This document shows, piece by piece, positions 45,270 through 56,238 of a stretch of 64,000 nucleotides of DNA. The stretch is from assembly GCF_988242995.1 (NCBI RefSeq), contig NZ_OZ547043.1, one strand, 5' to 3'. How positions within the stretch are numbered: position 1 is the stretch's first letter; every line of letters starts with the position of its first letter. The notes beneath the pieces are model-generated. The model was not told the origin of the DNA, did no database searches, and saw only the letters and a program-made list of their open reading frames with translations. A program made the translations under genes and the position numbers.

Positions 45270-45934
45270 TTTGGTTCTCTCTCCTGGCGATTAAGTTGAT
45301 TCTCAAAATGGTTCTGCAACGTCGATAATACTGTCGCCATGATCCAGTAGATGAGCGAAGCCGCCAGGTACATGGTGAACACCTCCAGCGTGCGCGAGGT
45401 AATCAACTGCGCCTGACGGAACAGCTCCGGCACCTGGATTGTCGCGGCCAGCGACGTATCCTTTACCAGGCTGATAAAGCTGTTCGACAGCGGCGGCAAC
45501 GCCACCCGCGCCGCCTGTGGCAAAATCGCGCGACGCATAGTCTGCCATGGCGTCATACCAATACTGGCAGCTGCTTCCCACTGACCTTTATCAATAGAAG
45601 AAATGGCGGCGCGCAGTGTTTCGGCGGCATAGGCGGCAGTGTTCAGCGACAGACCAATCATTGCTGACGGAATGGGATCTAATTCGATACCAAACTGCGG
45701 CAGGCCGTAATAGATCATAAACAGTTGTGCGATGAGCGGTGTACCACGAAAAATAGAGATATATAAACGCGCCAGCCAGCGCACGGGCCAGATTGGCGAC
45801 AGGCGCATCAGCGCGAGAATAAACCCGAGCAGTAAGCCAAAAAACATGCCGCCGATACTGAGTTGCAGCGTATACCCAGCCCCTTTCAGCAGGAACGGCA
45901 AGGAATCAATAACCAGTTGTATACTTTCTTGCAT
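45266..45934 (-). CDS. tcyL: L-cystine ABC transporter permease TcyL (YecS, 222 aa)
   Basis: ORF track; amino-acid ABC permease; ATGA overlap with tcyN. Confidence 0.92.
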   Translation of the reverse strand: MQESIQLVIDSLPFLLKGAGYTLQLSIGGMFFGLLLGFILALMRLSPIWPVRWLARLYISIFRGTPLIAQLFMIYYGLPQFGIELDPIPSAMIGLSLNTAAYAAETLRAAISSIDKGQWEAAASIGMTPWQTMRRAILPQAARVALPPLSNSFISLVKDTSLAATIQVPELFRQAQLITSRTLEVFTMYLAASLIYWIMATVLSTLQNHFENQLNRQEREPK

Positions 45935-45948
45935 GAGCGTTCCCGGAG

Positions 45949-47840
<1,892 letters not shown>

Positions 47841-47927
47841 ATTTACCCCGAATGTTGTTATGTCTGTTTGCAGTGTAGAGCCATTGTTTGTAAACACAAA
47901 AACAACTCCGCTACATCTTATTCTTAT

Positions 47928-48479
47928 TTAATATATATCAGAAGCAGGCAGGCTGGAGGATTTCTGCACAAGTCCGGTACACGTTTGACGCTGATAGTGT
48001 TGATACTTCCGTAATGCGATGCGGTAATTGTTGGTGCTGGTGGTGGGCAGCCACGGGGCGAGGATTTCATCAAGGAAACCGTCCTGCAGCGGATCGAGGG
48101 AAATATTTTGCTCGTGTAGATGATTCCCCAAACGGCGCAAACGAACGACATATTCACGCACCGTACCTGGGCTCATTTCAGTTTGCTCAAAAAGAAATTG
48201 CTTAAAGCCGATAATATCGAAAAAATCACTCTGCGTTTTGCAATGTAAATCACCGCAAAATCGGCACAATGCCGCCCATGATTTTTGTTCCGTTTGCCAG
48301 CCATTTTCATCAAGCAGCGCGTCCAGGCGGGAAATCTCGATTTTATTCACTATTTTGCCGTCGCGAACGAGGGTAATGCGATCGAGTAATTTACGGCAAT
48401 GCGCGCAATGAGTCTGGCTGTGTTTAAAGTCTTTAAGATAGCGGCTTAATGGCCGTCTTTTCAGGTGCTGCACCATCAT
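47928..48479 (-). CDS. fliZ: regulator FliZ (183 aa)
   Basis: ORF track 47928..48515; start set at MMVQHLKRRPL; directly downstream of fliA. Confidence 0.92.
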   Translation of the reverse strand: MMVQHLKRRPLSRYLKDFKHSQTHCAHCRKLLDRITLVRDGKIVNKIEISRLDALLDENGWQTEQKSWAALCRFCGDLHCKTQSDFFDIIGFKQFLFEQTEMSPGTVREYVVRLRRLGNHLHEQNISLDPLQDGFLDEILAPWLPTTSTNNYRIALRKYQHYQRQTCTGLVQKSSSLPASDIY

Positions 48480-48524
48480 TAAGAACTCCTGGTAGTCAAA
48501 GTTAAAGTGCGGCATTTACTGACG

Positions 48525-49244
48525 TTATAACTTACCCAGTTTAGTGCGTAACCGTTTAATAGCCTGGCTGTGTAACTGACTGACCCGCGATTCCCCGACC
48601 TCCAGCACCGCGCCAATCTCTTTGAGATTCAGCTCTTCCTGGTAATAGAGGGTTAATACCAGTTTTTCGCGCTCCGGCAACGTTTCGATGGCTTCCATCA
48701 CCCGCTGACGCAGATTACTGTCCAGCAGTTGTTGTAGCGGGTTTTCTCGCTGATGATCATCAGTAACCAGTTCGATGCTATCGCCGTGCTCTTCGCGCCA
48801 CTCATCGTAGGAGAAGAGCTGGCTGTTATTGGTGTCGAGCAACATTTGGCGATAATCGGCAATATCGATCCCTAAACGTTCCGCTACCTCAGTTTCCGTG
48901 GCGTTGCGGCCAAGTTCCTGCTCCAGTTGCCCTATTGCCTGTGCCACTTCACGCGCGTTGCGTCGCACGCTGCGCGGCACCCAGTCACGGCTGCGAAGTT
49001 CATCCAGCATAGCGCCACGGATACGCTGCACTGCGTAAGTTGTAAATGCCGTTCCTTGTAGGGCGTCATAGCGTTCGACGGCATTAAGTAACCCAATGCC
49101 GCCCGCCTGTAGCAGATCGTCAAGTTCCACGCTCGCGGGCAGTCGAACCTGCAGGCGCAATGCTTCGTGACGCACCAGCGGGACATAACGCTGCCATAGC
49201 GAGTGTTTATCCATTACACCTTCAGCGGTATAGAGTGAATTCAC
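48525..49244 (-). CDS. fliA: flagellar sigma factor FliA (sigma28, 239 aa)
   Basis: ORF track; sigma70-family regions 2 and 4 recognisable. Confidence 0.96.
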   Translation of the reverse strand: MNSLYTAEGVMDKHSLWQRYVPLVRHEALRLQVRLPASVELDDLLQAGGIGLLNAVERYDALQGTAFTTYAVQRIRGAMLDELRSRDWVPRSVRRNAREVAQAIGQLEQELGRNATETEVAERLGIDIADYRQMLLDTNNSQLFSYDEWREEHGDSIELVTDDHQRENPLQQLLDSNLRQRVMEAIETLPEREKLVLTLYYQEELNLKEIGAVLEVGESRVSQLHSQAIKRLRTKLGKL

Positions 49245-49371
49245 GATAAACAGCCCTGCGTTATATGAGTTATCGGCATGATTATCCGTTTCTGCAGGGT
49301 TTTTAATCGGACGATTAGTGGGTGAAATGAGGGGTTATTTGGGGGTTACCGGTAAATTGCGGGCAGAATAA

Positions 49372-50077
49372 ATATCCTCCGGCATAGCCGGAGGTTTTTC
49401 AAATGCGCCTGTAAGGCTCTGTTACCAGCCGCGCCCTAACAGGCGCATACGATCTGACATTTGCATTCAACTTCGTTACTTACGGCCCGTAAACGGGCTG
49501 CCCGGATATGGAATCGATAACTGCTCCCCCATTTTATCCTCTTCAAGCTGGTGCTTTATGTAGTCACGTATCTTCGCCGTGTTCTTACCCACCGTATCGA
49601 CATAGTACCCTCGGCACCAGAACTCCCTGTTTCTGTATTTGAATTTCAAATCCCCAAACTGCTCGTAAAGCATCAGACTGCTTTTCCCTTTCAGATATCC
49701 CATAAAGCCGGATACGCTCATTTTGGGTGGGATTTCCACAAGCATATGGATATGATCTGCGCAGCACTCTGCTTCCAGAATCCGTACGCTTTTCCACTCA
49801 CACAGCTTTCTCAAAATACTGCCTATCGCCCTACGCTTCTCTCCGTAAAACGCCAGTCTTCGGTATTTCGGCGCAAAAACTATGTGATATTTACAGTTCC
49901 AGCGGGTGTGCGCTAAGCTCTTTTCGTCCCCCATTGGGACCCCCTTTTGATTTCTTGTTTGACACTTGCAGTTGCCAGACCGCAAGGTGTTTTAACAAAT
50001 CAAAAGGGGTTTTAATAACTGGCTCAAAGCTGAAAGCTTTCCGGAACCCCCAGCCTAGCTGGGGGTTTTCTGTGCAC
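49372..50077 (-). mobile_element. IS200-family insertion sequence (IS200/IS605 group) in the fliA-fliC intergenic region
   Basis: intact 152-aa tnpA matching IS200 TnpA as recalled; terminal hairpin aacccccagcctagctgggggtt at 50045-50067; ends estimated from the canonical ~707-bp element, about +/-30 bp uncertain. Confidence 0.8.
49476..49934 (-). CDS. tnpA: IS200 transposase TnpA (HUH/Y1 ssDNA transposase, 152 aa)
   Basis: ORF track 49476..49985; start at MGDEKSLAHTRWNCKYHIVFAPKYRR; HxH motif (DHIHMLVEIPP) and C-terminal catalytic Tyr region. Confidence 0.92.
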   Translation of the reverse strand: MGDEKSLAHTRWNCKYHIVFAPKYRRLAFYGEKRRAIGSILRKLCEWKSVRILEAECCADHIHMLVEIPPKMSVSGFMGYLKGKSSLMLYEQFGDLKFKYRNREFWCRGYYVDTVGKNTAKIRDYIKHQLEEDKMGEQLSIPYPGSPFTGRK

Positions 50078-50108
50078 AAAAAACCCCGCCGGTGGCGGGG
50101 GTTGAGCG
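50078..50108 (-). terminator. rho-independent terminator of fliC
   Basis: minus strand ccccgccaccggcgggg followed by TTTTTT, 12 nt after fliC stop. Confidence 0.85.
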
Positions 50109-50119
50109 ATAAGTGTAAA

Positions 50120-51583
50120 TTAACGCAGCAGAGACAGTACGTTCTGCGTGGTCTGGTTAGCCTGCGCCAGAACAGAGGTACCCGCTTGTTGCAGGATCTG
50201 CGCACGAGACATGTTAGACACTTCGGTCGCGTAGTCAGCATCTTCGATACGGCTACGGGCAGAAGACAGGTTGTTTACGGTGTTGCCAAGGTTGGTGATA
50301 GCAGAGTCGAAACGGTTTTGTACTGCACCGAGGTCAGAACGCAGATTGTCAACTTTAGCCAATGCTTTGTCGATAGTTTCGAGCGGGTTGGTGGTAGATT
50401 GCAACGATTTTGCTGCATCTTCGTTTACCAGAATCGGGCTACCACCTTCTGATTTGCTCAGATACATGACTTTATTGTTACCAGAAGCAGTCTCCGTTAT
50501 CGTTTTACCATCTGCACTAACATCGTAAGTTGCACCGTTAACAACTAACGTGCTTCCTGTTTTCTTAGCTGCATTGAGATCAAGATCGGAAAGTGTGGCA
50601 GCCTTGTTATCAACTTTGGTTGTCGTATAAAGGCCAGCGCTATTTTTGTAAACTGTCTCACTCGTAATCAAAGAAGCTTTTTTGTCAGCATCTTTCACAG
50701 TAAATGTCACTGACTTACCATCAATTTCTGCAGAATATACACCATTCCCATTGCCATCCGCTGCAGTTGTTGTTGTGAATTCAACTCCATTAAACGTGAA
50801 TTTATCATTCTGTGCTTTATTCTTAGCCGCTGCTGCGAGTGCTGTAGCATCAATCCCTGTACCAGCTATGTTTGTGTCAGATTTAGTTGTCAGTGAACCA
50901 TCTGCTGCACTAACAAAAATATCATTCCCTGTAGTATCTTTAACAGCTCCGCTATCTACGTTAACAGTATAAGCATCACCGCCAACATCATAGTTATCAG
51001 TACCTGTCGCTTTAAATTTAGAAATCAGGTCACTGCCAGTTGCTTTCTGCGCGCCATCGATATTAAAACCGTCCAGGCCGAGAGTTTTCGCATCAATTTT
51101 TGCCAGATTGATAGTGATGGTTTCACCATCATTAGCACCAACCTGAATTTTCATTTCATTATTTTCAGCAAGGACTTTCACGCCGTTAAACTGAGTTTGC
51201 TCAGATACACGGTCAATTTCTTCCAGACGTTGAGTAATTTCAGCCTGGATAGAAGAAAGATCGCTGTCAGAGTTAGTACCGTTAGTTGCCTGAACAGTCA
51301 GTTCACGTACACGCTGCAGGTTGTTGTTAATTTCATTCAGCGCACCTTCAGTGGTCTGCGCAACAGAAATACCATCATTCGCGTTACGGGAAGCCTGAGT
51401 CAGACCTTTAATATTTGCTGTAAAACGGTTAGCAATCGCCTGACCTGCTGCGTCATCTTTAGCACTGTTAATACGCAGGCCAGAAGAGAGACGTTCAATG
51501 GCGGAGCTCAGAGAAGACTGAGATTTGTTCAGGTTATTCTGGGTCAACAGCGACAGGCTGTTTGTATTAATGACTTGTGCCAT
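50120..51583 (-). CDS. fliC: flagellin FliC (487 aa); conserved D0/D1 termini with variable central domain
   Basis: ORF track; N-terminus MAQVINTNSLSLLTQNNL and C-terminus ...QNVLSLLR typical of enterobacterial flagellin. Confidence 0.96.
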   Translation of the reverse strand: MAQVINTNSLSLLTQNNLNKSQSSLSSAIERLSSGLRINSAKDDAAGQAIANRFTANIKGLTQASRNANDGISVAQTTEGALNEINNNLQRVRELTVQATNGTNSDSDLSSIQAEITQRLEEIDRVSEQTQFNGVKVLAENNEMKIQVGANDGETITINLAKIDAKTLGLDGFNIDGAQKATGSDLISKFKATGTDNYDVGGDAYTVNVDSGAVKDTTGNDIFVSAADGSLTTKSDTNIAGTGIDATALAAAAKNKAQNDKFTFNGVEFTTTTAADGNGNGVYSAEIDGKSVTFTVKDADKKASLITSETVYKNSAGLYTTTKVDNKAATLSDLDLNAAKKTGSTLVVNGATYDVSADGKTITETASGNNKVMYLSKSEGGSPILVNEDAAKSLQSTTNPLETIDKALAKVDNLRSDLGAVQNRFDSAITNLGNTVNNLSSARSRIEDADYATEVSNMSRAQILQQAGTSVLAQANQTTQNVLSLLR

Positions 51584-51652
51584 GATCTTTTCCTTATCAA
51601 TTACAACTTGATGTTATTGGGCTGTTGCCCACGGTTTCTCACCGTACCCCTT

Positions 51653-51679
51653 GTATCGGCACCTGAATTTCGAACTTTA
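51653..51679 (-). promoter_or_regulatory. sigma28 class 3 promoter of fliC
   Basis: minus strand TAAAGTTC-N11-GCCGATAC about 70 nt upstream of fliC ATG. Confidence 0.75.
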
Positions 51680-51772
51680 GAAAATTTTAGTTTCTCTCCT
51701 GTTTTTTCTTAACGGCTGAAATATCCGTAATATACAACTCTACTCTGCGCATCATCTTCGTGAATCAACTAT

Positions 51773-51799
51773 TAAACTTTGCGCACAAATTGCCGATAA
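51773..51799 (+). promoter_or_regulatory. sigma28 promoter of fliDST
   Basis: TAAACTTT-N11-GCCGATAA about 40 nt upstream of fliD ATG. Confidence 0.75.
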
Positions 51800-51837
51800 C
51801 CCGCTTATCTACTGTTTGCAATCAAAAGGAATTAGGT

Positions 51838-53250
51838 ATGGCTTCATTTACATCTCTTGGCGTTGGTTCGAATCTGCCGCTGGATACATTGCTAAACAAC
51901 CTGACCATCGCTGAAAAAAAACGCTTAAACCCAATTACTCAGCAACAGAGTGACAATACCGCACGTCTGACAGCCTATGGCACATTAAAAAGTGCATTAG
52001 AAAAATTCCAGACTGCAAATACTGCGTTAAATAAAGCCGATCTGTTCAAAAGCACTACCGTTACCAGTAGCAATGAAGACCTTAAAGTTTCCACCGAAGC
52101 AGGTGCTGCCCCCGGTATCTATACCATCAGCGTAACCCAACTGGCGCAGGCGCAATCTTTACGAACTGATTCCCCGACAATCATTGCATCAACAAAAGAT
52201 GCACTGGGTGATGAGTCATCAGATACACGCACAATAAAAATTACCCAAGACGGTCGTAAAGAGCCGCTGGAAATCAAGCTCAATAAAGATCAGACGTCAT
52301 TGGATGAGATCAGCAAAGCCATTAACGATGCCGATAGTGGAATTTCCGCTAGTATCGTTAAAGTCAAAGATGGTAACTATCAATTGGTATTGACCGCCAG
52401 TGAAGGTCTGGCCAATAAAATGACCATATCTGTTGAGGGTGACAGTAAATTAAATGATCTGCTGGCTTATGACAGCAAGACCAACACCGGGAATATGAAG
52501 GAACTGGTTAACGCGCAAAATGCACAGCTAAACGTTAACGGTATCGATATTGAACGTTCAAGTAACAAAATTACCGATGCTCCTCAGGGAGTGACTCTCG
52601 ATTTGACCAAAAAAGTCACTGACGTCCGGGTCACGGTGACAAAAAGCAACGATAAAGCAACCGAAGCAATTAAAGGCTGGGTGGATTCATATAACTCCCT
52701 CATTGACACCTTTAACACCCTGACAAAATATAAAGAAGTAGACCCAGGTGCTGAAGCACAAGATAAAAATAATGGTGCACTTCTCGGAGACAGCGTTGTA
52801 CGTACAATTCAAAGCGGCATCCGCGCACAATTTGCAAACGGTGCCAGCGACAGTGCCTTCAAAACATTAAACGAGATCGGGATTAAGCAGGACGGCACGA
52901 CGGGTAAGCTGAAAATTGATGATGATAAACTCAAAAAAGTCCTGAATGAAAATACAGCATCCGTACGTGAATTGCTGGTAGGCGATGGTAAAGAAACAGG
53001 AATTACCACCAAAATTGCCACCGAGGTAAAAGGTTACCTTGCCGATGATGGCATTATTGATAGCGCACAGGACAGTATTAACGCCACACTGAAAAAACTG
53101 ACCAAACAGTATCTATCCGTCAGTGCCAGCATTGATGACACCGTGGCGCGTTACACTGCACAGTTTACGCAATTAGATACCATGATGAGCAAACTGAATA
53201 ACACCAGTACCTATCTCAGCCAACAATTTACTGCAATGAGTAATTCCTGA
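51838..53250 (+). CDS. fliD: flagellar filament cap protein FliD (about 470 aa)
   Basis: ORF track 51760..53250; start set at ATG 51838 (MASFTSLGVGSN) with AAAGGA RBS. Confidence 0.93.
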   Translation: MASFTSLGVGSNLPLDTLLNNLTIAEKKRLNPITQQQSDNTARLTAYGTLKSALEKFQTANTALNKADLFKSTTVTSSNEDLKVSTEAGAAPGIYTISVTQLAQAQSLRTDSPTIIASTKDALGDESSDTRTIKITQDGRKEPLEIKLNKDQTSLDEISKAINDADSGISASIVKVKDGNYQLVLTASEGLANKMTISVEGDSKLNDLLAYDSKTNTGNMKELVNAQNAQLNVNGIDIERSSNKITDAPQGVTLDLTKKVTDVRVTVTKSNDKATEAIKGWVDSYNSLIDTFNTLTKYKEVDPGAEAQDKNNGALLGDSVVRTIQSGIRAQFANGASDSAFKTLNEIGIKQDGTTGKLKIDDDKLKKVLNENTASVRELLVGDGKETGITTKIATEVKGYLADDGIIDSAQDSINATLKKLTKQYLSVSASIDDTVARYTAQFTQLDTMMSKLNNTSTYLSQQFTAMSNS

Positions 53251-53264
53251 TCACGGAGGTCAGC

Positions 53265-53675
53265 ATGTATACCGCGAGCGGCTCAAAAGCCTATGCACAA
53301 ATTGGCGTCGAAAGCGCCGTAATGAGCGCCAGCCAGCAGCAGCTGGTCACCATGCTATTTGATGGAGTGCTGAGCGCACTGGTTAGAGCACGCCTGTTTA
53401 TGCAGGACAACAATCAGCAAGGCAAAGGCGTCTCTTTGTCAAAAGCGATCAACATCATTGAGAACGGACTGCGGGTGAGTCTTGATGAAGAGAGCAAAGA
53501 CGAATTAACCCAAAACTTGATTGCTCTTTATAGCTATATGGTCAGGCGCTTGCTGCAAGCCAATTTACGCAACGATGTCTCCGCAGTCGAAGAAGTGGAA
53601 GCATTAATGCGCAATATTGCCGATGCCTGGAAAGAGTCGTTACTCTCCCCTTCTTTGATTCAGGACCCAGTCTGA
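53265..53675 (+). CDS. fliS: flagellin-specific chaperone FliS (136 aa)
   Basis: ORF track. Confidence 0.95.
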   Translation: MYTASGSKAYAQIGVESAVMSASQQQLVTMLFDGVLSALVRARLFMQDNNQQGKGVSLSKAINIIENGLRVSLDEESKDELTQNLIALYSYMVRRLLQANLRNDVSAVEEVEALMRNIADAWKESLLSPSLIQDPV

Positions 53676-54040
53676 TGAACCACGCACCGCATTTGTATTT
53701 CGCCTGGCAACAACTCGTCGAAAAAAGCCAGCTCATGTTACGCCTGGCAACAGAAGAACAATGGGACGAACTCATCGCCAGCGAGATGGCGTATGTGAAT
53801 GCGGTGCAGGAGATTGCACATCTGACTGAAGAGATTGACCCGTCCACCACGATGCAGGAGCAGCTCCGCCCGATGCTGCGCCTGGTTCTCGACAACGAAA
53901 GCAAGGTAAAGCAGTTATTACAGATTCGGATGGATGAACTGGCGAAACTGGTCGGTCAGTCATCGGTGCAAAAATCGGTGTTAAGTGCCTATGGTGATCA
54001 GGGCGGCTTTGTGCTGGCTCCGCAGGATAACCTCTTTTGA
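53675..54040 (+). CDS. fliT: FliD chaperone / anti-FlhDC factor FliT (121 aa)
   Basis: ORF track; start overlaps fliS stop. Confidence 0.93.
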   Translation: MNHAPHLYFAWQQLVEKSQLMLRLATEEQWDELIASEMAYVNAVQEIAHLTEEIDPSTTMQEQLRPMLRLVLDNESKVKQLLQIRMDELAKLVGQSSVQKSVLSAYGDQGGFVLAPQDNLF

Positions 54041-54117
54041 ATCTGAACGAGTCGATGGCTCGCGAATAATCCGATTACGGCTACGCTTCTAATGTTCCCC
54101 TTGAATGGAGTCGAAGA

Positions 54118-55605
54118 ATGCGTAATCCCACGCTGTTACAATGTTTTCACTGGTATTACCCGGAAGGCGGTAAGCTCTGGCCTGAACTGGCCGAGCGCGC
54201 CGACGGTTTTAATGATATTGGTATCAATATGGTCTGGTTGCCGCCCGCCTATAAAGGCGCATCGGGCGGGTATTCGGTCGGCTACGACTCCTATGATTTA
54301 TTTGATTTAGGCGAGTTTGATCAGAAAGGCAGCATCCCTACTAAATATGGCGATAAAGCACAACTGCTGGCCGCCATTGACGCCCTGAAACGTAATGACA
54401 TTGCGGTGCTGTTGGACGTGGTAGTCAACCACAAAATGGGCGCGGATGAAAAAGAAGCTATTCGCGTGCAGCGTGTAAATGCTGATGACCGTACGCAAAT
54501 TGACGAAGAAATCATTGAGTGTGAAGGCTGGACGCGTTACACCTTCCCCGCCCGTGCCGGGCAATACTCGCAGTTTATCTGGGATTTCAAATGTTTTAGC
54601 GGTATCGACCATATCGAAAACCCTGATGAAGATGGCATATTTAAAATTGTTAACGACTACACCGGCGAAGGCTGGAACGATCAGGTTGATGATGAATTAG
54701 GTAATTTCGATTATCTGATGGGCGAGAATATCGATTTTCGCAATCATGCCGTGACGGAAGAGATTAAATACTGGGCGCGCTGGGTGATGGAACAAACGCA
54801 ATGCGACGGTTTTCGTCTTGATGCGGTCAAACATATTCCGGCGTGGTTTTATAAAGAGTGGATCGAACACGTACAGGAAGTTGCGCCAAAGCCGCTGTTT
54901 ATTGTGGCAGAGTACTGGTCGCATGAAGTCGATAAACTGCAAACGTATATTGATCAGGTGGAAGGCAAAACCATGCTGTTCGATGCGCCGCTGCAGATGA
55001 AATTCCATGAAGCATCGCGCATGGGGCGCGACTACGACATGACGCAGATTTTCACGGGTACATTAGTGGAAGCCGATCCTTTCCACGCCGTGACGCTCGT
55101 TGCCAATCACGACACCCAACCATTGCAAGCCCTCGAAGCACCGGTCGAACCGTGGTTTAAACCGCTGGCGTATGCTCTAATTTTGTTGCGGGAAAATGGC
55201 GTTCCTTCGGTGTTCTATCCGGACCTCTACGGTGCGCATTACGAAGATGTCGGTGGTGACGGGCAAACCTATCCGATAGATATGCCAATAATCGAACAGC
55301 TTGATGAGTTAATTCTCGCCCGTCAGCGTTTCGCCCACGGTGTACAGACGTTATTTTTCGACCATCCGAACTGCATTGCCTTTAGCCGCAGTGGCACTGA
55401 CGAATATCCCGGCTGCGTGGTGGTCATGTCGAACGGGGATGATGGCGAAAAAACCATTCATCTGGGAGAGAATTACGGCAATAAAACCTGGCGTGATTTT
55501 CTGGGGAATCGGCAAGAGAGCGTAGTGACCGACGAAAACGGCGAAGCGACCTTCTTTTGCAACGGCGGCAGCGTCAGCGTGTGGGTTATCGAAGAGGTGA
55601 TTTAA
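54118..55605 (+). CDS. amyA: cytoplasmic alpha-amylase AmyA (495 aa)
   Basis: ORF track; GH13 motifs ([14 protein letters not shown]). Confidence 0.94.
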   Translation: MRNPTLLQCFHWYYPEGGKLWPELAERADGFNDIGINMVWLPPAYKGASGGYSVGYDSYDLFDLGEFDQKGSIPTKYGDKAQLLAAIDALKRNDIAVLLDVVVNHKMGADEKEAIRVQRVNADDRTQIDEEIIECEGWTRYTFPARAGQYSQFIWDFKCFSGIDHIENPDEDGIFKIVNDYTGEGWNDQVDDELGNFDYLMGENIDFRNHAVTEEIKYWARWVMEQTQCDGFRLDAVKHIPAWFYKEWIEHVQEVAPKPLFIVAEYWSHEVDKLQTYIDQVEGKTMLFDAPLQMKFHEASRMGRDYDMTQIFTGTLVEADPFHAVTLVANHDTQPLQALEAPVEPWFKPLAYALILLRENGVPSVFYPDLYGAHYEDVGGDGQTYPIDMPIIEQLDELILARQRFAHGVQTLFFDHPNCIAFSRSGTDEYPGCVVVMSNGDDGEKTIHLGENYGNKTWRDFLGNRQESVVTDENGEATFFCNGGSVSVWVIEEVI

Positions 55606-55632
55606 ATTCATCCCCGGCGGCAAGCCGGGGAG
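55606..55632. terminator. terminator hairpin between convergent amyA and yedD
   Basis: tccccggc-ggcaa-gccgggga. Confidence 0.7.
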
Positions 55633-55638
55633 ATTTCA

Positions 55639-56055
55639 TTACGGCAGTGGCGTCGGTAACGGCGCTTTATCCAGCGCGGCGGCACACTCTGCCGTCGGGC
55701 GATCCACACGCTCCATCGTCATACCATCGTACTCAATGGTGTTACCGTCACGCTCAACCTCGTACAGCTCACGTTTTACGGTAACGTTAGTGAGATCATC
55801 AGACATCAATGTCAACTTGCCCGGCACGGCAATCACCCGCTGCCACTGACGGCAATCCAGGGTATCGCCCTCTTTAGTGACAATCAGGCTGCCTATCGCT
55901 TCCGGACTGACCAGCGCACGTTGCGGCCCTTTGGTCTGCCAGTAGCCCGCCAGCCAGTCCGGCGCGGGGGTTTTCACGACATTGTTATAGTTTTCGACTT
56001 CGGCACAGCCCGCCAGCAACATGAGCGCGCTTGCAATTGCGAGTTTTTTCATCAT
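55639..56055 (-). CDS. yedD: lipoprotein YedD (about 137 aa)
   Basis: ORF track; lipobox LLAGC. Confidence 0.85.
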   Translation of the reverse strand: MMKKLAIASALMLLAGCAEVENYNNVVKTPAPDWLAGYWQTKGPQRALVSPEAIGSLIVTKEGDTLDCRQWQRVIAVPGKLTLMSDDLTNVTVKRELYEVERDGNTIEYDGMTMERVDRPTAECAAALDKAPLPTPLP

Positions 56056-56238
56056 TCGTCCTGCATGAGAAGAAAAGAGGATTGTGGCATTAAAGCCCTG
56101 ATGTCGCCAGCCTTTCCAGGTTCAGAGAGAAATTTGATCTAACTATTATTTTTGTGAATTATTACCCCGAAAATAAATTTGCATGATGTATGATTCGCGA
56201 TTCTTGTTTCAAACCTTCTGAGTTCAGAGGCTACATTC

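Noticed and set aside
49270-49277. Exact GCCGATAA (sigma28 -10 consensus) on the minus strand 18-26 nt upstream of fliA
   Set aside because: No acceptable TAAAGTTT-like -35 element at the required 11-nt spacing (sequence there is TGCAGAAA); an isolated 8-mer is expected by chance once or twice in 128 kb of two-strand sequence. May still contribute to the known fliA autoregulation but cannot be called from sequence alone.
49727-50452. 241-aa plus-strand ORF spanning IS200, the fliC terminator and the fliC 3' end
   Set aside because: Crosses three independent functional units on the wrong strand, including an intrinsic terminator hairpin; cannot be a real gene.
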